From contig CAXXWC010000002.1 in the NCBI GenBank assembly GCA_963668645.2, positions 32,001 through 96,000 on the forward strand: a DNA stretch of 64,000 nucleotides, written 5' to 3'. Source of the stretch: Desulfobacterales bacterium. Its GTDB lineage: Bacteria > Desulfobacterota > Desulfobacteria > Desulfobacterales > UBA2174. The notes below the pieces were generated by a model. It did no database searches. It saw only the letters and a list, made by a program, of their open reading frames with translations, and was not told the DNA's origin. Positions 1 to 8,720 of the stretch are shown here, one piece after another. Position 1 is the stretch's first letter; the number at the start of each line of letters is the position of its first letter. Position numbers and translations under genes: made by a program.

Positions 1-2160
1 AAGGAGCTTGAGCGGGAACGGCGCGTCGACGTGCAAACCCTCGTTGCCCGCAACGACTATCTCCTGGTGGAGGGCGACCCCGGCGGCGGCAAGACCACGA
101 TGCTCAAGCATCTGGCTTATCACGTGGGCGTGGAAGGGTGCGTGCGTGAGGATCTGGCAACGCTTCAGGGATACGTGCCGATCCTGATCTTCCTCAAGGA
201 CATCAAGGAATTGGAAACCCACACACTTTCTGAGACCGGTGGGCGGTTGTCCATGGACGAAATCATCCAGTGCTGGAGCCAAGCCACGGGAGATGTGCTG
301 CCGCAGGATCTGATCGCAGATATCTGCAAGAAGGGCAGGGCACTGTTTCTGTTCGACGGGCTCGACGAAATCCCCCCGGAGCTGCGCCAGGCAGTCGTCA
401 CGGCCGTGGCCACGTTTCGCAGCAAGCACAGCCGCAACAAAATCGTCTTTTCCGGAAGGCCCCACGGCGTGGCAGGGCCGGCAACGGACCATTTCGGCAA
501 GAAGCGCGTAGAGATCATGCCTCTCGGCCGGTCCCAGGTGGAAGCCTTCATTCGTAAATGGTTCGCCTGCATGTACCTGAAGAGCGAACCGTTGGGCAAC
601 AAATCCGCCGCAGGGATGATCAGCGAGATTCGGGAGCATCCGGCCACGGATGAACTCGTGGAGAACCCGTTGATGCTCACGGCCATATGCATGCTCTACT
701 TCGGGGGCCGCGAACTGCCGGGGCAGAGGGCCGAACTTTACGACAAGTTCATCGACAACCTGCTTCACCGGCGCTTCCGGGAACCCGAGTCGATCAAGGG
801 ATTCTTGCAGGTCCTGGCCTTTGAGATGCACCAAAAGGGTGCGCGCGGCGCGGACGAGGTTTTCGTCAAGAGGGTCATGCGGACCGTTTTTCGAAAAGGA
901 AAGGGCGAATCCGAAAAGGATCACGAAGCCAGACTCGCCGCCCTGTTTTCCGAAATCGAACCACAGTGCGGCCTGATGCGGCTGGGGGAAGGGCAGTTCG
1001 AGTTCCGTCATCTTTCCTTCCAGGAGTTTCTGACGGCCCTGCACATCGCCGATACCAGCACTGATCTGAAAAAGGCGGTGGACGGCTACTGGGAAAAGGA
1101 GTGGTACCGGGAAGTGGTGGAGCTCTACGTCGGCTTTTTGAGTATCAAGAACCGTGCCCTGGCCAACCGGATCGTGGCTGACGCGCTGGAGTCGCCGGAC
1201 GAGAAGCCTTTCACCCGCTGGCGCCTGGCCGGTAGAGCCCTGATGGATGTCCACCAGAAGCGCCGCGATCTGGATGTGGTCGATGCGGTCACGGAGAAGA
1301 TGCGCATCGTGATCCGATCAGAGGCAGCGACGAAGGACAGGGCCGAGGCCGGGGAGATTCTCGGGCGCCTTGGCGATCGCCGCGACCTTGAAGCATTTGT
1401 CTCCATTTCAGGCGGCAGGTACAAGATCAAGAAAAAGAGTGTTGCTTTAGAGCCTTTCGAGATCTCCAAATATCCCGTCACCAACCAATGGTACCGTAAA
1501 TTCGTCAAGGCTGAAGGATACGAAAACGCGAAATTCTGGAGCGAACAAGGCAAGCTCTGGCTTGAACGCACCACAGCCACGGCGCCCGACGAATGGCGCA
1601 CGTATCGCTGGAACTGCCCCAACGCGCCGGTGGTGGGCGTGTGCTGGTGGGAGGCGGATGCCTTCTGCCGGTGGCTGACCGTGAGCCGGAACGACGGCTC
1701 GATCTACCGGCTCCCCACGGATGCGCAGTGGTATGCCGCTGCTGCGGGTAAGCAGGGGCGGGAATATCCGTGGGGCTCAAAGTGGATAGACGGGGCCTGC
1801 AATTCAGAGGAAACCAAGATCGAAAAAACCACCAGTGTCGGGATTTTTCCAAGGGGAGACACCCCTGGAAACGTGTCGGACATGGCCGGCAATGTGTGGG
1901 AATGGACCTGCACGGATTACCACCGCGACAAAGATCTGGCGGATTTTCAATTCGATCTGAAGGCTCTGCGATTTTGGGAAAACAGAGAAGTCGAAAAATG
2001 GGCTAAATATACAAAAGACAAAGACAACCAGATTCCATCGCTGCGGGGCGGCTCGTGGATCTTCCCGCGTGATTTCGCCCGTTGTGCGGCCCGCAACAGG
2101 AACTACCCGGACAACCGCTACGACAACGTGGGTTTTCGTTGCGCCAGGACTCCCAAATAG
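1..2160 (+). CDS. NACHT (STAND) NTPase with C-terminal FGE-sulfatase/SUMF1 (C-type lectin fold) domain; 5'-truncated by the window edge
   Basis: Frame is open from base 1. Walker A GDPGGGKTT, Walker B LFLFDGLDE, NPLML and FRHLSFQEFL (NACHT winged-helix motif). C-terminal FGE motifs: PVTN, PVVGV.W.EA.AFC, RLPT, GNVWEW, RGGSW, GFRC. Confidence 0.9.
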   Translation, partial: KELERERRVDVQTLVARNDYLLVEGDPGGGKTTMLKHLAYHVGVEGCVREDLATLQGYVPILIFLKDIKELETHTLSETGGRLSMDEIIQCWSQATGDVLPQDLIADICKKGRALFLFDGLDEIPPELRQAVVTAVATFRSKHSRNKIVFSGRPHGVAGPATDHFGKKRVEIMPLGRSQVEAFIRKWFACMYLKSEPLGNKSAAGMISEIREHPATDELVENPLMLTAICMLYFGGRELPGQRAELYDKFIDNLLHRRFREPESIKGFLQVLAFEMHQKGARGADEVFVKRVMRTVFRKGKGESEKDHEARLAALFSEIEPQCGLMRLGEGQFEFRHLSFQEFLTALHIADTSTDLKKAVDGYWEKEWYREVVELYVGFLSIKNRALANRIVADALESPDEKPFTRWRLAGRALMDVHQKRRDLDVVDAVTEKMRIVIRSEAATKDRAEAGEILGRLGDRRDLEAFVSISGGRYKIKKKSVALEPFEISKYPVTNQWYRKFVKAEGYENAKFWSEQGKLWLERTTATAPDEWRTYRWNCPNAPVVGVCWWEADAFCRWLTVSRNDGSIYRLPTDAQWYAAAAGKQGREYPWGSKWIDGACNSEETKIEKTTSVGIFPRGDTPGNVSDMAGNVWEWTCTDYHRDKDLADFQFDLKALRFWENREVEKWAKYTKDKDNQIPSLRGGSWIFPRDFARCAARNRNYPDNRYDNVGFRCARTPK

Positions 2161-2190
2161 CCCTTTATCCTTTTTACCCTTTTACCCTTT
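2161..2190 (+). repeat. Pyrimidine-rich short imperfect tandem repeat (CCCTTT/TTTTACCC units) immediately after the NACHT-FGE stop codon
   Basis: ccctttatcctttttacccttttacccttt. Confidence 0.7.
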
Positions 2191-2229
2191 GCGGCAATTT
2201 TCGCAGGCGCGATCCATCCAGACCGCACC

Positions 2230-3090
2230 TCACCCCGCCGCCTCGATGCGCACCACGGCCCGGATCGGGCGGTGTCCCGAATGGCCCTGGCCGTAGCGGC
2301 GACAGTAGTCCTGATCGTCGATGAAGAGCAGGTCGGATTTCACGTTCCAGTGTTTGGCCGGGCCGGTGACGAAGATAAAGGACTGGATCCGGTCCAGGGC
2401 CGGATCGCATTGGCTGCCCGTGGCCGGGCAGTCTCCGCGCTCCAGGCAACCGGGGACCACCCATTTGAAGATCGCGTCCTGTTGCATGAGGTTGAAGGTC
2501 GAGTTGCCTTTACGGCGGCCGAGGCGCCAGTCGAAATTGTAGACGCCCACCGCCACCACCGGCAGGACCTGGCTGCGGGCCCAGGCGCTGAATTGGCGCA
2601 CCTGCCGCTCGCGGATGCGGATCCGGTTGCGCTGCAAATGATTGACCGCGAAAAGAAATTTCTGGCCGCTGGAGCGCAGCACGAAGCGCGCCACCAGGGG
2701 TTTGCGGGACCCCTCGACGTGTTGCAGTTCCTTGGTGCCGACCAATTCCAGGACATCCGGGTTGAATACGATGGCCAGATTGTCGTCCGGAACGCCCTTG
2801 TAATCCCCTGATTTACCCAGGATGGTGCGATACTGGGATCCGATGGCGGCCGCCAGAACGGCCAGGGCCTGGGGGCCGTCCACTTCCTGGAGTCCCCACA
2901 GATCGCTCGGTTCGATTCGGGCGATGTCCTGGGCCACCTTGTCCGGGTCGGTGTGGTCCCCCGAATTGACGTTGAAGCTCACCACCGAAAATTCGACGGC
3001 CGCCGCCGGCAAGGCAGCGGCCAAAACCGCAAGCAATCCAATCCACCCAAGCACATTGGCCCGCAACCGGGGCAGCGAACCGTTTTTCAT
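2230..3090 (-). CDS. Secreted endonuclease/exonuclease/phosphatase (EEP) family protein, probably catalytically degenerate
   Basis: Signal-peptide-like N-terminus ending PAAA. EEP motifs SFNV, LQEV and NHL are present, but GDxN reads GVYN and SDH reads SGH. Confidence 0.8.
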   Translation of the reverse strand: MKNGSLPRLRANVLGWIGLLAVLAAALPAAAVEFSVVSFNVNSGDHTDPDKVAQDIARIEPSDLWGLQEVDGPQALAVLAAAIGSQYRTILGKSGDYKGVPDDNLAIVFNPDVLELVGTKELQHVEGSRKPLVARFVLRSSGQKFLFAVNHLQRNRIRIRERQVRQFSAWARSQVLPVVAVGVYNFDWRLGRRKGNSTFNLMQQDAIFKWVVPGCLERGDCPATGSQCDPALDRIQSFIFVTGPAKHWNVKSDLLFIDDQDYCRRYGQGHSGHRPIRAVVRIEAAG

Positions 3091-3414
3091 TCCCTCTATG
3101 CCTCCGAAAAAGCCGCAGCAGGATGATTTCAGCGCAACGTCAAAAACCTCACATTGGGCCTATTCTGCCAGATGACTTCGGCACGCCTTTTATCACGGGA
3201 TCGGGTGCAACGCCATCGATTAAACCGTTGCAGGCTCCTGCCGCTCTGAAAACCATTACAGCCGGTTTTTCGTGTGTTTTGGCACAAGTCAAGCCTGTCT
3301 TGCGCGGTCCTGCCAAAGCCCGGCGATCACTTCATCATCGGAAAAGCACCTTTCTTCCTTTCTGCAGTTCTTTCCAGCCTTTTTTCCCAACTGCAGATCC
3401 CTCGTGGTCACTTC

Positions 3415-3542
3415 TCGGTATGACACGGGAAGAGGAGCCTTCTCTGGATGGCACTCCTTCTTGGTGTCATCCCGGCGGGCTCTTCTTCCCGCTGTCATGA
3501 CCGAACTGGATGGCACCCAAAGACAGAACGGGTATGTCATCC
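3415..3542. repeat. Intergenic palindromic (REP-like) element with GGATGGCA/TGTCATCC arms forming two hairpins
   Basis: 3426-3439 pairs with 3478-3491; 3446-3454 pairs with 3464-3472; 3508-3515 pairs with 3535-3542. Confidence 0.65.
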
Positions 3543-3795
3543 CACTGGCCGCCATCGGCGGCTATCGCAACCAGTTATTTCATGGAGCCGGAGCAGGCGG
3601 CGGTGATGGCATCCGAGATCGGCATGCATCTTAAGCGGGTTGCGGGGTAATCGACGCCTCGTTCATGAGGCAATCCCTGGCAGGGTTTTGGAAGGATGCG
3701 GCGGTCGCCGGACTGGGGGACGGTAACCCCGATCTGCCAATCCGGCAGCCACCTGTTATCTTAGGCATCAATGCCAAAAACTGAACAAATCACTT

Positions 3796-4806
3796 TCACA
3801 ATCCCTGCTTTGCCATATAGTCCGCCAGGTCGGCCACACGGCACGAATAGCCCCACTCGTTGTCGTACCAGGCCACGACCTTGGCCATGTCGCCGGTAAG
3901 GACCTGGGTGAACTCCATATCCACGATGGACGAGCAGGGGTTGCCCTTGAAGTCGCTGGACACGAGTTTTTCGTCCTCGCAGGCCATGATGCCGGCAAGC
4001 TCGTTGGCCGCGGCCTCGCGCAGGGCTTCGCGCAGCGCCTCGGTGTCGGCCGGCTTTTCCAGCAATGCCGCAAAATCGACCACCGACACGGTGGGGGTCG
4101 GCACCCGCAACGCATAGCCGTCGAAGCGGCCGTCCAGTTCGGGAATCACCAGGGCCACGGCCCGGGCCGCGCCGGTGCTGGTGGGGATGATGTTCATGGC
4201 CGCGGCCCGGGCCCGGCGCGGATCCTTGTGGGCCAGGTCCATGAGGCGCTGGTCGGCCGTGTAGGAGTGGACCGTGGTCATCATGGCCTTGCGGATCCCG
4301 AAGGCGCGGTGGATCACCAGGGCCGGGGGAGCCAGGCAGTTGGTGGTGCACGAGGCGTTGGAAACGATATGATGGTCGCCGTGGCGGTACTTGCTGTGAT
4401 TGACGCCCATGACCACCGTGATGTCCTCTTCCTTGGCCGGGGCCGTGATGATCACCTTGCGCGCTCCGGCTTCCAGGTGGGCCTCGGCCTTGGGGCCGGT
4501 GCGAAACAGCCCGGTGCTCTCCACCACGATGTCGATGCCTTCCTCGTCCCAGGGAAGGGCGGCCGGATCGCGCATGGCAAAGCTTTTGACCGTCTTGCCG
4601 TTGACCACCAGGGCGTCCTCGGCCACCTTTACCTCGCCGGGAAAACGCCCGTAGTTCGTGTCGTGCCTGAAGAGGTTGGCGTTGGTTTCCACGTCGAAAA
4701 GGTCATTGATCGCCGCCACTTCGAGGGTGTCCGGGTGACGTTCCAGGATCGCCTTGAACACCTGGCGGCCGATGCGCCCGAAACCGTTGATGCCGATGCG
4801 GATCAT
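3796..4806 (-). CDS. gap: Type I glyceraldehyde-3-phosphate dehydrogenase
   Basis: [10 protein letters not shown], catalytic [18 protein letters not shown]. Confidence 0.97.
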   Translation of the reverse strand: MIRIGINGFGRIGRQVFKAILERHPDTLEVAAINDLFDVETNANLFRHDTNYGRFPGEVKVAEDALVVNGKTVKSFAMRDPAALPWDEEGIDIVVESTGLFRTGPKAEAHLEAGARKVIITAPAKEEDITVVMGVNHSKYRHGDHHIVSNASCTTNCLAPPALVIHRAFGIRKAMMTTVHSYTADQRLMDLAHKDPRRARAAAMNIIPTSTGAARAVALVIPELDGRFDGYALRVPTPTVSVVDFAALLEKPADTEALREALREAAANELAGIMACEDEKLVSSDFKGNPCSSIVDMEFTQVLTGDMAKVVAWYDNEWGYSCRVADLADYMAKQGL

Positions 4807-4933
4807 GAAACCTCCTTTAGAACATTTTGGCGAATTTTCGATTCACAAATGAAGATTTTTGTCCAATGGCAAGGAAATCAAGCCATTACCTGACGCCCGG
4901 ATCGGACAAAAAGACCATTTGTGGCTCGTAAAA

Positions 4934-5494
4934 TCAGTTGTCGTCGATCCTGTACTCATAGGCCACCAGCAGCTCGTAATCGCGTCGCAAGGCCTGGTGG
5001 AGGCGGGCGTTTTCCAGGGCGATGGCGCTCAGGTTGGCCACGGCCTCCATGAAGCGGATCTCGTCGGGCGAAAAACTGCGCTCGTCGGCCGCATAGGCCC
5101 GCAGCACGCCGATGGCTTTCTTTTCCACCATCAGCGGGACCACCAGCACCGAGCAGATCCCTTCGGCCCTGGCCTTTTCCGGATACTGCCAGCCCGGATC
5201 GGTCTGGGCATTGGCCAGGTAGAGGGTTTCGCCCTTCAAGGCCTGCCGGTCCAGGGCGCTTTCCTTGACCAGCACCGGCCCCTTGCGGATGTAGCCCTTG
5301 GACAAGCCGGTCTGGGCCCCCATGATAAGCCGTTTACGCCGGGTGTCGAGCAGTCTCAGGGAGCAGGCCTTGACCTGCATGCTGCGGGCCACGCAGGCCA
5401 CGATCTGTTCGAGGACCTGCGACGGGGCGAGCGAGGCGTTGACCACCCGGGCCACCTCGTAAAGGGCCGAAAAAAAATCGGTCTTTGTCGGCAT
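4934..5494 (-). CDS. Stand-alone GAF domain protein
   Basis: GAF pattern (S.L.VPL....KAIGVL; F...E..F.EAVANLSAIALENARL). GGGAGG Shine-Dalgarno upstream. Confidence 0.85.
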   Translation of the reverse strand: MPTKTDFFSALYEVARVVNASLAPSQVLEQIVACVARSMQVKACSLRLLDTRRKRLIMGAQTGLSKGYIRKGPVLVKESALDRQALKGETLYLANAQTDPGWQYPEKARAEGICSVLVVPLMVEKKAIGVLRAYAADERSFSPDEIRFMEAVANLSAIALENARLHQALRRDYELLVAYEYRIDDN

Positions 5495-5514
5495 GACATA
5501 CCTCCCAGTTGGGT

Positions 5515-5618
5515 TAACTCGTGTCCATCCATAAACGGCACCTTTCGGGCCCCGGCGGCGTTCTCGCTCGGGCCTTGCCTGGAACCCAAAATCACCATTT
5601 ATGGACGGACACTAACTC
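5515..5618. mobile_element. Putative MITE: 92-bp element (5521-5612) with 15-bp terminal inverted repeats and flanking 6-bp direct repeats TAACTC
   Basis: TAACTC|GTGTCCATCCATAAA...TTTATGGACGGACAC|TAACTC. The TIRs match at 14 of 15 positions. Confidence 0.75.
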
Positions 5619-5844
5619 ATATGGACGCCGGATCGGCCGGCCGTTTTCAGGCAATGGACGCCGTCCGATTTGAAGCCGAAGTTCAAAAGCAGACCGTTTA
5701 TGCATAGTGTGATCGGCCGCATCGTGGCAAGCCATATCTCGATTGCCGCCGCGATTCGATCCTTTCGCTTGTCTGCCGGTTTTCCAACCGCTATCATCCT
5801 GGGAGTTGGACAGACGTTGAATAACGATTCGCCGAGACTGCCCG

Positions 5845-7665
5845 ATGCATCTTCACCTGGACGACTTTTTACCCTTTGCCGGCTGGATGCGCAGCTATCG
5901 CAGGCGCTTTCTCAAAGCCGACCTCTTTGCCGGGCTCACCGTGGCCGTGGTGGCCCTGCCCCAGTCCATGGCCTATGCCATGATCGCCGGGCTGCCGGTC
6001 CAGTACGGGCTTTACGCCTCTATCGCACCCACCATCATCGGATGCCTGTGGGGCAGTTCGGCCCACCTGATCACCGGGCCGACCACCGCCGTTTCCCTGG
6101 TGGTCCTGACTACCCTGAGCCCCATGGCCGCGCCGGGCAGTGCGCAGTACATCGAACTGGCCTTCGCCCTGGCCCTGGTGGTCGGGCTGATCCAGGCGGC
6201 ACTGGGACTGGCCCGCCTCGGGGCCCTGCTCAACTTCGTTTCCCATGCCGTGTTGCTCGGTTTTACCGCCGGTGCGGCCCTGCTGATCGCCTTCAAGCAG
6301 GTGCCGGCCTTTCTCGGGCTGAAGCTGGCCTCCAGCGGCGTGCTGGTGCGCCATTTGTACACCGTGGCGGCCAACCTGCACCTGACCCACGGCATCACGC
6401 TGGGCCTGGGGCTGCTCACCGTGGCCGTGATCGTGGCGCTGCGCAAATGGCGCCCGGCCTGGCCCGGCACCCTGCTGGCCATGATTCTGGTCGGCACCCT
6501 GGTGGGGGTCCTGGATCTGGACCGGCGCGGCGTGGCCCTGGTCGGCGCCATCCCGCAGCGCCTGCCACCGCTGCACCTGCCCGACATGGGGGTTTGGACC
6601 CGCATCGGGGACCTGACCTCCGGGGGGCTGGCCATCGCCATCCTGGGTCTGGTGGAGGCGGTTTCCATCGCCAAGGCCATCGCCGATCAGACCCGCCAGC
6701 GCATCAACATCAACCGTGAATTCGTGGGACAGGGGCTGGCCAACATGGCCGCGGCATTTTGCAGCGGCTATCCGGGTTCGGGCTCCTTTACGCGCTCGGC
6801 GGTCAACTTCCGCTCGGGCGCCCGCACGCCGCTGAGCGGCATCGTTTCGGGGCTTGCGGTGGCTTTGACCATTTTGCTGGCCGCGCCCCTGGCCTCCCTG
6901 CTGCCCCTTTCGGCCCTGGCCGGGGTGTTGATGGTGGTGGCCTGGGACATGGTGCGTTTTGCCGACATCGCCCGCACCGTCCGGGCCACCCGGGCCGATG
7001 CGGCCGTGCTGCTGATCACCTTTGCCGCGACCCTGCTGCTCAACATCGAATTTGCCATCTATGCCGGCGTGCTGCTTTCCATCGGGATGCACCTGGCCGC
7101 CACTTCCCATCCGCGGGTGGCGCCGGTGGCCCCGGACCGGCCCGGCGGCAAGATGGCGCCGGCCGGAGACGAAACCGGCTGCCCCCAGATGGAGATCGTC
7201 GCCGTGGAAGGATCGATCTTTTTCGGATCGGCCGCCTTCCTGCTCGACGCCATCCAGCGGCGCTGGCGCAGCCGCCCCGAGCGCCTCGATCTGATCATGC
7301 GCATGCACCGGGTCAACACCATGGATGCCAGCGGGGTCCACGCCCTGGAAATCCTGCTGGACGAGATCCGCGCCAGGGGCGGGGATCTCTATCTTGCCGG
7401 AACCAATCATCGGGTTTTCGAGGTGTTGAAAAACTCCGGATTCCTGACGCAGATCGGCACTTCGCGGGTGCGCCGGACCACCGGCGCGGCGATCCGCCAG
7501 GCCATGCGCGAGAATTTCTGCCCGGCGGTCTGCGGCCGGTGCGCAAAGCTCGTGTTCGAGGAATGCAAGGCGTTGAAACGCAGCGACTGGGAAATCTTCG
7601 GCCCCGGAACCCTCCCGCCGGACTGCCGTGCGCCGGGAGGGCAGGGGGTGCAAGGCGGATCATGA
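5845..7665 (+). CDS. SulP/SLC26 family anion permease with STAS domain and Cys-rich tail
   Basis: DLFAGLTVAVVALPQSMAYA, GLY, GPT and GSFTRSAVN motifs. STAS with MDASG. C-terminal CPAVCGRC...EEC. Confidence 0.93.
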   Translation: MHLHLDDFLPFAGWMRSYRRRFLKADLFAGLTVAVVALPQSMAYAMIAGLPVQYGLYASIAPTIIGCLWGSSAHLITGPTTAVSLVVLTTLSPMAAPGSAQYIELAFALALVVGLIQAALGLARLGALLNFVSHAVLLGFTAGAALLIAFKQVPAFLGLKLASSGVLVRHLYTVAANLHLTHGITLGLGLLTVAVIVALRKWRPAWPGTLLAMILVGTLVGVLDLDRRGVALVGAIPQRLPPLHLPDMGVWTRIGDLTSGGLAIAILGLVEAVSIAKAIADQTRQRININREFVGQGLANMAAAFCSGYPGSGSFTRSAVNFRSGARTPLSGIVSGLAVALTILLAAPLASLLPLSALAGVLMVVAWDMVRFADIARTVRATRADAAVLLITFAATLLLNIEFAIYAGVLLSIGMHLAATSHPRVAPVAPDRPGGKMAPAGDETGCPQMEIVAVEGSIFFGSAAFLLDAIQRRWRSRPERLDLIMRMHRVNTMDASGVHALEILLDEIRARGGDLYLAGTNHRVFEVLKNSGFLTQIGTSRVRRTTGAAIRQAMRENFCPAVCGRCAKLVFEECKALKRSDWEIFGPGTLPPDCRAPGGQGVQGGS

Positions 7666-8618
7666 TAAAATTGCTGGTTTATACCGATGGGCGGCCCGCC
7701 GCCCGCCGCGCCCTTGAGTTCGGTGCGGTCTTTGCCCGGCGCCTGAAAGCCGGGCTAGGGGTCGTGACCGTGCGCCGGGGAACCGGACCGGCCGAGGACC
7801 CGCTGCCGCTGGGGACCGACTTTCCGATTTCCGGGCGCTCCCGCCTCTCTGCGGGGTTGAATCTTCTTTGCACAGCGGCCCTGCAGCTTGTCGACCAGGG
7901 GCTTTTGGCGCCCCTGGATACGATCCGGATCTACGACGGCCCGGGCGGCCCCTATTTCAGGTGGCCTTCGCCCGAGGGCCGGACGGTCCTTTTCACGGAA
8001 CGCTTCGGCCATTTTATCGAAGCGCTCAACGGGTTGGTGGACGAGGCGGACTACGATCTGCTGGTGGCGGCCCCGCCGCGGCGGCACGGGCTGCACCGGC
8101 TGGTGCTGGGCGAAACCTCGCGCCGGTTGGCCCTGGATCTGCACGCCTCGCTGTTGCTGGTGCGCGGCGGGGGACCGGACAGCCGTTTTTTGCTCTGCGC
8201 CGACGGCTCTGCGTCTTCCCAACGCCAGATTTCCATGCTGCAAGCTTTGCTGCCGGCCGTGCGAAAGCCGGTGGACCTGATCTGGGTGCGCCCGGCCGGC
8301 ATGCCTCCAGAGGCGCTGGCCCCGGTGCGCGGGCGCATCCACAAGGTCGGCCAATGGCTGGCCACTTGCGGATCATTCGGGCGCATCGACGAGATCGAGG
8401 CCGATTCCCCCCTGGATCCGATTCTCGAAGCGGCCGGCACCGATGCGGTGATCGTCATGGGCGCCAGCCTGCGCCACGACGTCTACCGGCGGGTGCACGG
8501 CAGCCTGCCCATCCAGGTCATGGCCCGCACCGGGGCCAGCCTCCTGCTGGTCAAGCTGCCGCCCGAAGCCGGCGGCGACGATCTCGACGATCCCTTGCAT
8601 TGTGCGGCCGGCGGTTGA
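7662..8618 (+). CDS. Universal stress protein (tandem USP domains)
   Basis: KLLVYTDG..AARRAL, DLLV, LGETSRRL...SLLLVR; second domain LLCADGS...IVMGAS...GS. ATGA overlap with the SulP stop codon. Confidence 0.8.
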   Translation: MIKLLVYTDGRPAARRALEFGAVFARRLKAGLGVVTVRRGTGPAEDPLPLGTDFPISGRSRLSAGLNLLCTAALQLVDQGLLAPLDTIRIYDGPGGPYFRWPSPEGRTVLFTERFGHFIEALNGLVDEADYDLLVAAPPRRHGLHRLVLGETSRRLALDLHASLLLVRGGGPDSRFLLCADGSASSQRQISMLQALLPAVRKPVDLIWVRPAGMPPEALAPVRGRIHKVGQWLATCGSFGRIDEIEADSPLDPILEAAGTDAVIVMGASLRHDVYRRVHGSLPIQVMARTGASLLLVKLPPEAGGDDLDDPLHCAAGG

Positions 8619-8643
8619 CACGCAAGCCCCGTTTATCTATGAC
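8615..8643 (+). promoter_or_regulatory. Putative sigma70 promoter for purB
   Basis: TTGACA-17 bp-TATGAC. Confidence 0.5.
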
Positions 8644-8720
8644 CAGTGACGGAAACGACCCGCTTGCGGGCCGCGATGCCGATCGTGAATCCCATGCTGA
8701 ACCGCCAACAGGAAGAACCG

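Noticed and set aside
3123..3634. Short ORFs in the gap between the EEP gene and gap
   Set aside because: Atypical composition, no RBS or domain motifs, and they overlap the palindromic repeats.
4828..4850. Rex-like operator upstream of gap
   Set aside because: Only one good half-site (TTCACAA), and the spacing to the weak second half is wrong.
5521..5612. SRP RNA or riboswitch interpretation of the long hairpin
   Set aside because: It lacks the SRP helix-8 motif, and the flanking 6-bp direct repeats fit a MITE better.
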